Assembly (NCBI GenBank): GCA_021613535.1
Contig: CP075494.1
Span: 9,424,001-9,488,000, forward strand
DNA: 64,000 bases
From: Adineta vaga
Lineage: Eukaryota; Animalia; Rotifera
Reading direction: 5' to 3'
The notes below the pieces were generated by a model. It searched no databases. It was not told the origin of the DNA and saw only the letters and a list, made by a program, of their open reading frames with translations. Every line of letters begins with the position of its first letter. Position 1 is the stretch's first letter. The translations under genes were made by a program, and so were the position numbers. This document shows, in pieces, positions 53,360-64,000 of the stretch.

Positions 53360-54007
53360 TGTTGGAAATTAAGTTAAACAAAAAAAAATAAATAACGATT
53401 ATTTTCTATACGAACAAAAATACGATAAGACAATATCACGCTGTTGGTGTTGCGTCGATAAATGACTCTTCTCTCCTTTCTTCTAGGTAAGACTAGTATC
53501 TCGTTGGTGAATCCAGCAACCAATCAGTTTTAAAAGATCTCAGGTAGGTAGATAGCGTTGAATATATCAAAGTTACAGGTATTGAAATAGAATATCTAGT
53601 ACGTCTGCTTCTCAAAAATATATTTTTATGCATTCCAAATTGCGTCAGAAAAACAACTTTTAGATGTATTTTTACTCAATCATTCGTAATAATAACAGTA
53701 CTTTCATATATGTAGAAATGATTGCCCAATTACTCTGCATGGCAAAAATTTAGAAGAAAAAAAGTGCATCATTTCAAACTTCATTAACAAAAATAAGACA
53801 CAGTAGGTAAGGTCATTTCTTTTTCGAGAGGCATAGAGTGTCCGTTTTTTATTGTAGATTAGAAGTATATATACGAATTGATTTGTAAGAATAGTAAACC
53901 TACTATAGTTCTAGATTTGACAAACTAGAAAACATGTTTTTCAATAGATTCTTGAAAGATTTATTTTTTTTTGTTTTTTGGAAAATTTTATATCACTATA
54001 GTATCAT

Positions 54008-55671
54008 TTACATATAAGATGGATATATAATTGGTTGTTGACAAAAAAATGGTTGCTGAAAGTTTTCTTTATATGCATAGAGGTTTGCTGTTTTTGTAAT
54101 TGGAGGATGATTAATAACGAGTGGTGGTGTTACTAATGGTAAAAGTGCACACATGTTCATATGTTGTTGTTGATTAGCCATCCATTGTTGTTGAGCATGA
54201 ATTTGTTTTCGAGATTGTTGTTGTAATGTTTCTAATTGTGACTGAGTTGTTCGAGCAAATTCATCGAAGGCTGATAATGGTCGTTCATTTCCAATATAAT
54301 CGAAAGATCTTTTTTTTTCAATATGAACAGGAATTCGTACACGAGAAACTGATTTTGAAGTACGACGACGATAATTGATTGACTTATTCTTAGGTTGAAA
54401 CTCTGATGTAGTTTTAGTATCAGCAAGACGTTCGTAGATTATTTCTCGTGGTGGTTGTGGTTTATATGGTAACCATTTTTCGATTATAATTGATTGAGGT
54501 TTTGGTGGTAACTAGAAGACAAAAGTAGAGTCGATAGATTTAGAGGTAGAAGTGAATAAGATAATGAATATACGGCCGGCATATGTTCAACATAAAGACG
54601 CTGTGGTGGTGGAGGTATTTTAGATACGACTTTAGTTATGATTTTTGGTTCCTTTTGTATAAGTGGAGGTGTGGGCGGAATTTCACGAAGAATGAGAGGA
54701 GGTGGTGTACACGGTTCTAGTTGATCATGATTACTAAAGGAGAAGGCGATCGTTCACGTGGAGGCAGAACTTCTAGAAAATTTTGAAGACAAACTGTTGA
54801 GATTTTTCATATTAGATACAGTTACCTCGAATAATCAATGGTCCAGGTGGTGGAGGTGTTGGTGGACAAAGATAACGAATGGTGACACATCGTTTATAAT
54901 GAAGTTCATCTGGATTTAGTTGTCTAACAATTTTGGATTGGGATCTTGATATACATCGGGATGATCATGTAAAACTCGCTCATAACAACAATTTACATTC
55001 ATATGTCGTTGAGATGGTGGAGATATCGATCCATTGACTGTCAATGATTGTAAATCTTTTCGTGGAAAATATTCCCGAATAGTAATGAGTTTGGGTTTCA
55101 AAGTTTCAATAGGTTCTAATGGTATCGGTGTTGTCGTTCGATCTGAAAATACAGGCGAATTTTCTCGTTCGACAGATGAAGAACGACTGGATGCAGAACT
55201 GCCAGTTTCCATATCATCGAATCCATACATTCGACTAATTCGATTGTGAAAACCTTCTTCATCTACTTGTTTATTTGTTACATCCATGGTAGTGACAGGA
55301 GGTTGACTGACGTTCTCTGTACGATTAAGATTTTCTATCCTTTGTGTTGCTTTTTGATAAATAGGATTTACTGGATAATATTGACTGGTTGGTGCCGAAG
55401 GTAAATATCTATTACAATACCAATTCTGAAAATATTGTCTATTTATATTAATGTTTGGTTGTTGAACGATTGATTCAGGACTTGTACTTCGACTAGTCGA
55501 ATTATCTGGTGATCTACTTTTGCTTTTCGAACGTTGATCAATGCTTTCAACAATCTGTTTTAGATTAAAAATACAATCATCAATTACCTTAGATAAAACA
55601 TCATAATTTACATGAGAAGGTTCAGTTGCAATACGATCGATATAATTTCTTCTATTAATCAATTGAAAAGA
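54008..55671 (-). CDS. Proline-rich protein of unknown function; two apparent frameshifts (~54931, ~54728); 5' end unresolved
   Basis: After one-base corrections it reads DPNPKIVRQ...IRYLCPPTPPPPGPLIIRE...PPPLILREIPPTPP...PPPPQRLYVEH...LPPKPQSIIIEKWLPY...YPSYM*, with GT-AG introns. Confidence 0.7.
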
Positions 55672-56620
55672 CTAAACAGATAAATCGATAATAGTCAAGA
55701 AGAGTTCTATAGCACATGTGGGATGACTAAAAGATTTCTTTATGTAGGTTATTTTACCGAAGAGAAATTCATGGACAAGTTATCGATATCAAAACTATAT
55801 CGATCGTATCGTTGAAAAAAAGAAAAAAGTTTCTTTTACACATTCAAGGTTAATGAAATAGATGTTCAGACGTCAAAATTGGCAATTTTGAAATTTTTCT
55901 TATCTCAAACAATTATCATTGCCGCATAGTTCAATATTAACACTAAAAAAAAACTTGTTTGATATCGGATATGAAGTCTACAGAATCCTAATCGATTAGT
56001 TGACTTTGTGATCGAAAGAAGATCTCTTTAATTTGAGAATAGGCGACTGACTAAATATCGTTCAATATTCGGTTGAAAGAACAATTGTTTTAATAGTACA
56101 AAATATATACCAATAACATACATTTGGCTAACTGAACTAGTTTTCTTATCGTTATAGAATCTAAATATTTTGTACTATCTGATCTCGGTGTAATAGATAT
56201 CGACTTTTTACAATTTCTCTAATTAGTTGTACTTTCGCGATAGAAACACAACTTCTAAGAGGAACGATTAGATGAATAGACAACTATCAAAATCCTCAAG
56301 TAACAAATGACACTCGCGAAAACCAACAAAAAATGAATAAAAACTACAAACGTCTCTTCTGATCATTTCACTCGTATATTCTAACATTTTACTCTGCTCT
56401 TTCTTGAACATAGCTACTATAGAATAAAAAAAAAATGCAGTACCGTTCTCTCTGCGACAAGTGCGAAACTAATTTCAATGCAGTACTTTCGTACCAATCC
56501 ATTCTCCTGCTATTTCTATTACGTATTTCTCAGCCGGGAGCAATTACGTAAAATTAACATTTTCATGCTGCAAAAATGTTTTTTTTTATCTATAGTCACA
56601 GTTTTCAATGCATAACATAC

Positions 56621-56895
56621 CATCACTACGTTCTATTAATATGACGGCATAAACAATCTCTTTCTCTTTCTAAAGAAAAGCCTTTTTTTTACTCGATATT
56701 TTGAAATCGATTACTTCGTGAAAATGTCTTTAAACATACTGTTTTCAATTGTATTGGTTTATCATGATGTTGAAGATCATTTTGAATTGTTGTAAAATTG
56801 TTATAAAATGGTTCATTATCAATCATATTGGCATTCTCATAGAAAACTTCATCAGCTTCTGCTAGATTTTCATCATCCATCGTCAATGTTACCAT
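56621..56895 (-). CDS. Possible 5' exons of the proline-rich gene or of a separate small gene
   Basis: ATG-initiated acidic ORF ending at a GTATG donor, then a short exon KEKEIVYAVILIERSD; I could not join it in frame to 55671. Confidence 0.35.
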
Positions 56896-57139
56896 TCAAT
56901 TATGCCTTGTATGAATATGTTACGGTGTCGTATATATTTAAAGCGACACATGACTGATTTTTCTTTTTCTCTTCTTCTTCTTCTTCTTTCTTTGTCGTCA
57001 GCAAAGAAGTAAAAAAAAAGCAATCAGACATCTTCTATCCTTGACTCTTTAGGTTTGTAATATACCTAACAAACACGTTGTTTCGTTTACTCATCAATAA
57101 CTTTGAAGGTTGATACATGTTCTCGTTCTCTATTTAGAT

Positions 57140-59633
57140 ATGACAGAAGAAACTGAATCAGATCAAACGATTTTTACGCATATACCACAAAATGTTCTGG
57201 ATTTTTCATCTCAATATGGATCAAATCGTAGTCGAAACTATAATTTAGATAATATTTGTAATGCACCAGAAATCTATCCCTCATATGGTGATTCAACGAA
57301 TGCACTCGTATTTCGCACTTATGGTCCATGGTGGATAAATCTTCCATCATATAAATCGATAAAGTCTAATTTTAAACGTTGTGAAAATGAATTTACTAGT
57401 CGAGATTTTATTGAGATTGAATATCCAAATTTAGTTCATTCATGTTCATCTATAAATATCTATGAAACATACAATCCCGGTACATTGGAAGTTGTTTATG
57501 TTGGAAGAAAAGAAGAAGATGATGATAACGAAAGGATTACATGGCATCGAGTTTGGAAATATCCAGATCCGTTTAGTATTGTTTTAAAAAATGGTGAAGA
57601 ACTATTCATCGAAAATGGTAAGAAACAATAGAAAAGAAAGATATTTTCTTTTGTTACTTTTCTAACCTTTTATAAAGGCAATGTTTTTCTAACCTCTTTT
57701 TGTTCTATATCAATTATTTCATACGTATCATTCAGGGATACATTCTACTATTTCATTGACAATTTCAGGTCATCAACAAATGCAAGATTTGTTTCCTGAT
57801 CATGTAAATAGTGTTACGTCAGCATTTCATTCGCTTCAATTAAATACAGATCATAATCAAGTATCAAAAATTCATACTCGTCATACATATCCACCAGCTG
57901 CACGATTTCCACGTATAACGAAAATTTCGTTGGAAAATAAAGTTCCTTTTCCAATACAACATATTCGATTAGAATTCGATCATTGTACTGCTAATTATTA
58001 TATTGAAATTGATACGATTACATTAACTGGTAGTACTTTGAATTCAAACTCATCATTAACCGAAAAAGTTAGTAAATCTATTGATTTTAATATCAACGAA
58101 GAATCCCATTTTCATTTAGAAAGAATCTAAAACACATGAGGAACAAGTTGAAACTAACTTATCAGAAGATTTAATAAAACTTCCATTCGATTTACTTTTT
58201 CTAATTTGTTCTTATTTGGACTTACGTTCATTAGTACAACTCGCATCAACATGTCGATATTTGCAACAACAATGTTTACATTCATTACAATTTAAATCAT
58301 TGAATTTACAACCTTATTGGAATCTAATAACTAATTATTCGATTGAGCATTTCTTCGTAAATCATTGCCATCAAACACGTTATCTGTCATTAGCATGGAC
58401 GAAATATATTCAATTGAAATCATTCAATTGTTTATTAAATAAATGTTCAACAAATCTTCTTCAATTAAATCTCGCTTGTTGTCAATATTTAACGCGAGAA
58501 TACATTGAAACAATCGTTAATTCTTGTCCAAATATTGAAATTTTAAATTTAGATAATTGTATATCCTTGGAAAGTGATGATTTTCTACCTTTGACAAATC
58601 TTTATCATCTTCGATCATTAAATGTTTATCGAACGAATATTGATTTTCGGACTTTATTACCATTAATTGATCAAAATAAAGAACATTTGGAACATCTCAA
58701 TCTTGGTAAGCTTATAGGAACTATTTAGTTTTACGAAAGTGATTTGTCAAAATAAATAGATACTATTGAAAACTTCACATCTTACTTTCGTAATTATATA
58801 GGTAGTTCACAACATCTATTTATAATGAATATCAAATTAGAACTCAAACAGTTGCATTAAAATGATTTCCTTCCCCTTTTTCTGCTGGATTAATTTGACA
58901 GAAACGAAACTCCAATGGTATGTTTTCTTCTTCTAGGTAGTTGTCAACAATTGAAAGATTGTATTGGCATTGTAAGATTAGTATTTGCACGTTGTTCAAA
59001 TCTTCGTTCACTCGATCTTTGGCGTGCATCTTCATTGACACATGATATCTATTTATCAATTGTCGGTATACCATATGATTTTGACGAAGAAGAAAGTAGA
59101 CTTTCAAATATGAATCTAATTATCAAGAAGATTTAGTAGTGATTTATTCGTCACTAAATATGCCTGTTGAAATCAAATCAATAACACACATGACTTGTTT
59201 AAGTGAAATTGATATTGGATGGACAAATATACCAGAAGGATTTGTCAAGATGTTCGTTCAACAAGCTGGTCATTCGTTAATCAAACTATTTCTTACTGCT
59301 TGTCGCCGTAAGTTATCATTGATAGCAATAAAATCGATATTTTGATATTTTCTTTTTCTGAACAAAATAGATATTTCTAATGCAGACATAATTGCTATTA
59401 GTGAAAATTGTTCAAAACTTCGTCAACTTGATTTACTTGGTTCAAATGTTATCATAGAAGACGCGATTGAATGTGTTCTAAAACAATGTGTACATTTAGA
59501 ATTTCTTGATTTATCTTTTTGTGCGAAAATTTCCGATGCAACAATCGAAAAATGGATTCATCAATACAAGAATTGTTTTAAAAGAAGTTTTGTTCCAATA
59601 AATAATGAAGATGTTTATCATGAATTCGATTGA
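57140..59633 (+). CDS. FBXL4: F-box/LRR-repeat protein 4, multi-exon; frame break near 59118
   Basis: VLDFSSQYGS, YPSYGD...VFRTYGPWW, SRDFIEI, IYETYNPG, IRLEFD...YYIEIDTI, F-box LPFDLLFLICSYLDL, LNLQPYW, LRRs (LDLWRA, IDIGW, KLFLTA, LRQLDLLG, LDLSFC), C-terminal KRSF. Confidence 0.9.
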
Positions 59634-62567
59634 ATTTATTTTCCAAAACGAATTATTGACTACATTAAATAATATTTTAATCGGTTTTTTTTTCAAGAAA
59701 AATAAAAATCCCGGAAAAAGTATGCAATCCGTTTTAACAGGAAACTTTGTTCCTTTTCCTGTCATTAACATAATCGATGATATTTTTGACTATGTAAAAA
59801 ACATCTTCTAACCCAATGATTTTCTATGCTATATTTATTCAAGATACCAAGCATGTTCTTTAATAAATCTAAGCACAAGAATTTACTGTTGATCTGCACT
59901 ATAACCATCATTTATTGTAAGTTGAATATATGACTTCCAAAATACGATGGAATTCATTTATTTACTTGTGTAAGAAGAGTACTTTAGTAATTATAGGATG
60001 TTTCTAACTATCGACATTATCCAGTAATTGCATTGAATATATTGAGGCAGATTCGATGAAAAAATTGAAATCATATTATTTTATATCTCTGTTGTCATAA
60101 TAATCTTCTTTCGCTTGAGTATTCTGATAATTGTCAAATACATGTCGGATCATGTTATTTCTATCTACTTTGAAATTGAAATCGATGTGAGATAAAATGT
60201 TGGATAAATAAATTCTTACAAACGCATGATTTATTTTGTATCTCAAAAATTTGATGAAGCAGAAGCTAAGGAAGTGTTCTTACAGCCGATTATTTTCATA
60301 TTAGGAAATGATCGTTCATGTAAAAGAATATTTCTAAGTATTAATTTTTATTTTGAATTCATTTCTTTCGTAATCGAATAAGATCTCGATGCGAATTGAT
60401 GAAAATAAAAAAATTAATATAAGCGCCTAAGAAAATTCCGATGCATTATCATCAATCTACGTAACACTTGAGTAAATCATTATTGTAAGTTCATATTAGT
60501 CTTTTTTTCTTTTTTCTTTTCCTAACAACTACAAGGACGCATTAAGCCAAGGAAAGAAGAGAAAGAGAAAAGAAGATTGTCAAATGGTAGATTTACTTGA
60601 AGCTCTTTCTATGTGGGTGTTTCATACCGTTCAGTATGACTGCTGTTTTTGTTGATATAACTAATCATGTGCACGATGAATTCAATTAGGTAAGATAGAT
60701 TCTTTCGGTTCGAAGAGAAGAAGAAGAAGAAAAGAAAAAAGAAAATTGCCGACTAGTTTGTCTTCATGTTCATAGTTTTTTTTTCTTATGTATTTAGTGA
60801 TAACGATTAATCATTTATAATTTGATCTGTTCGATCTGATCGTCTTCTCTATGCAGAAAAAGAAAAATTTGTTCTCCTCCGACGAGAAACATATGACATA
60901 AGATCATAAAAATCAACTTGTTACTTCTTGACGATGTGAATGACACTTTCATATTCGAGTAGATAATATATAAGTTGTCCCAATTGCAAATTTCGATGAT
61001 GTTATAAAACTTGTACAAGAAAAAATCAAGTAGATATACTTATATGAACATACATGACTTCTTCTTCTTCTTTTTTCTTCTTGTAAACGTTTCGACAAAG
61101 TAATTTCCGTGAATGGGAAAAGAAACGAAGTGTCTTTCCATAGGGAAATGATATGAGGTTCTAAGATTTAGCTTCGATGAAGAAAATTATCAATTTCCTA
61201 TATGATTCCAAAAACTACATTGTACCAATGTTTAATATGTGTGATGAGTTAGTTCGTCTTCCGATATTTCATAATAGATGATTAGAGTACAGGTAATTCA
61301 TCAACGATAGATATAGACATGAGGGAAGAGATCTAGATGTATTTGACGCGCGATCGCAAGGCATTCAATAATTCGATTAGTGAGAACGAGAAAGAAACCT
61401 TGTATCGAGTTGAGTTGTTCAATGGAAGGAAGAGCAAGAAGATAGTGAGTACGGAAAATAGAAGCAGAAACAATTCAATTTTTTGCTTCTCTTCTTTTTA
61501 CAACGCCTAGCACGTCGTCGATGAGATCTTGTTTTGTTCTCAGAAATAGTAGAAACAAATTGGTTTCAATACGAATAGTATTAAGGTACTGATGCACAGA
61601 CTAATTGTGTTTTCAGAAACAGGACGATACACATACATACATACACACACTCATGTTCGATAGTGTGCTTGACGGAAATAATTACTTCTTTACATATTAT
61701 CAGTAGAGATTCTTTTTTTGTCCTTTGATTTCGAATGGACAACATGACACTTAACGTTTCTTTCTTTCTTTTTTGTCTTTCATTGACAACAAGCACATTG
61801 TGTAAGTACTCTTGAGACTATAAGCAGAAATAGAAAAAGATAGAAGATAGAAAAATATCATCTTTAACAATTGCGCTCATGTTCTAACAATAAAAGAATA
61901 TACATATAAACCCATCCAACGTATCCGGTATTTAATTGCATAATGTATGCGATTACAATAACAGATGCCTATTTTAGAATCAATATATATATATACACGT
62001 AAACAATATCGGAATGGTTAAATTGACATAACAATGTCAGTTATTATCAAATATCCAACGTAGATATGGCACAACTTGACTATTTGTGTTCATATACTTG
62101 TAAAGAATAGAAAGAAAAGTGTTTTCATTATTAATTTTCTTTAACAACATTATGGTTGCTTTTTCTCGAAGAAGTAATCAAAGAAAAATGCTCAGTATAT
62201 TTTCCCTTTCTATCCCTTTTCTCTCACCCTCCCTCCATGTCTCTCTATCGTCATTCTGTTCGTTCTCTTTGTTCTCTATGTGTGACTGACTAGCTACTAT
62301 GACGGTTGATGATGAGTAGAATGGCACTTTTTCATTATTTGAAATGACATACAACTGACTAAGACAAGCTGAAGAAAAGAGAGAAAGAGAAGAAAAAAGA
62401 AAAGAAAAGAAAAGAAAGTTTTTGTTATTTGTCTAGAAAATCTCATTTTCACTTAAAAACTAATGTTTCTATTAACATCCATATCATTTAGATAGGATAA
62501 AGTATGATTTTATTATAGTTATTGTTCAATTTTTTTATTGAGAATGTCATGAGAATACTTTCTTCGA

Positions 62568-64000
62568 ATGATTATCGGTACGCAAAACGTGCGCACAGTT
62601 GCACTCATGTTCATTGTGCTGATTTATTTAATGTTTGGTGCTGCTGTTTTTAATGCTTGTAAGTCTTTTCTTTAATCATTGTACTTTAAAATAATTGATT
62701 TGTCTAGTGGAATCAAAAGAAGAGCATCATTCACGAACTCTTTTAAGGCAGAGAATTGCTCGTATTCTATTTAAAAATGATACCATTCCAAATGAAACAG
62801 TATTTATTAGTTTAACAACAGCAATATTCGATAGTCGACATTTTCGTACGGGAACAACTAAACAATGGACATTTCCAGGTGCCTTCTATTTTTCTACATT
62901 AGTCGTTACTTTAATCGGTAAATTTCATTTGAAATAAGAGTTTTTCTTTTCTCTCGATAAATGAATCTTTCTATTCATTAGGTTATGGTCAAACAACACC
63001 AAAAACAAGTAAGAATTTGAGTTCTTTTTCCGATTACATGTTTTTCTTTCGTCTGTTTTTAGTGGGTGGAAAAATCTTTTGTATGGTTTATACTGTTGCA
63101 GGCGTGTAAGTTTTCTTTTTTTCGAAATCTTTCTTTTTCATTTGAAAAACATAAAGTTTCGTTTTCTTAGTCCTCTTAATTTAATTATGTTTCAATCAGT
63201 CGGTGAACGATTAAATGCTATTATTTCATTTGTTTTATCACGTATCAAACGTTTATTTGGTTTTCGTCGTCAGAAAGTATCCGGTTTCGAATTAATTGCT
63301 GTGGAATTTGGTATGACAACAATGCTTGTTCTCGGTGGATCATTGATTTTTAGTCGACAAGAAAAATGGACATATTTTGAATCCATCTACTATTCTCTTG
63401 TTACATTTTGGACTATTGGTATGTTAAATTAATCTTAATTTACTTCTAAAATTTTTAATTTTTTTCTTCTCATCAATAGGCTTTGGTGATCTAGTTCCAT
63501 TAGCAAGTTTACAACGTACTGGTCACTCATTGTATTCTCGTTGGGGCTATTTCATCTTTACAATATCATTTATTCTCTTCGGTCTTGCATTAGTCGCGTC
63601 ATCATTGAATCTATTAGTACTTCGTCTTGCGCAATTTCATTCGGAAAACGGTATTGGTGGAATATCTGCGTTTCTCGGTCGAAATGAAGAAGATCTCATT
63701 GCTGCGGCTATCGCTGAACATCGTGCATCACTAAGTGTTCAACATCGTACTCGTATTTGTTCAAATTCCAATAGTATAAGTCAAACAAATAAGAATTTCG
63801 CACCATTTCTTTCAGTAAAAACCAATTCACAATGGTCATTATCTTCATCAACAACAACATCATCGGAGAAGAAATCCGATATTTATATGAAATCTCATGA
63901 AAGAACTTGTTGTTCATGTTTTTCCGTTTTCAATTGTCGAAAACGTCAACGACGTCAATGGCATCTTCGACGTTCACCACAAAATATCAAACATTTACTT
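62568..64000 (+). CDS. TASK-like two-pore-domain potassium channel (runs off the window end)
   Basis: QNVRTVAL...YLMFGAAVFNALES, QWTFPGAFYF, pore 1 TLIGYG, PLNLIMFQSVGERLN, pore 2 WTIGFGDLVP, LNLLVLR; TASK/SUP-9 subfamily pattern. Confidence 0.9.

Noticed and set aside
59770-60180. Minus-strand frame with few stops (MIRHVFDNYQ...INEFHRILEVIY)
   Set aside because: Not clearly beyond chance and no recognisable homology.
1-64000. rRNA, tRNA, spliced-leader RNA, CRISPR arrays, intact transposase or reverse transcriptase
   Set aside because: None recognised by eye; tRNAscan-SE and Infernal would be needed to exclude small RNAs.

Overview
AT-rich, gene-dense eukaryotic DNA with many short (~50-70 nt) GT-AG introns. 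It carries metazoan genes (FoxO, Six1/2, Ig-superfamily, K2P channel) alongside bacterial-like genes, which best fits a bdelloid rotifer (inference). About 24 protein-coding loci are supported, several invisible in the ORF track because they are tiny and spliced. In order: a partial coiled-coil gene, a GPI-type 3-Ig protein, two intact metallothionein-like genes plus a pseudogene copy, OST4, p23, a bacterial-type DJ-1/PfpI, a 74-aa orphan, a ~1087-aa FoxO, GBE1, HGSNAT, ANKRD40, an orphan membrane protein, a tail-anchored RING ligase, KXD1, BIG1/2 ArfGEF, a bacterial-like secreted clan-A glycoside hydrolase, Six1/2, RD3-like, clathrin light chain, an orphan LIR-motif membrane protein, GLOD4, a proline-rich gene, FBXL4 and a partial TASK-like channel. 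Highlights: the hidden metallothionein cluster with a shared GCACCCC promoter motif and a microhomology-deleted pseudogene; a FoxO whose central Akt site is replaced by poly-Ala; two horizontal-transfer candidates with introns; a candidate autophagy receptor; and 5-6 small frameshifts that are probably assembly errors. No rRNA, tRNA, CRISPR array or intact transposon was recognised. All assignments come from manual translation and remembered family motifs, not database searches.
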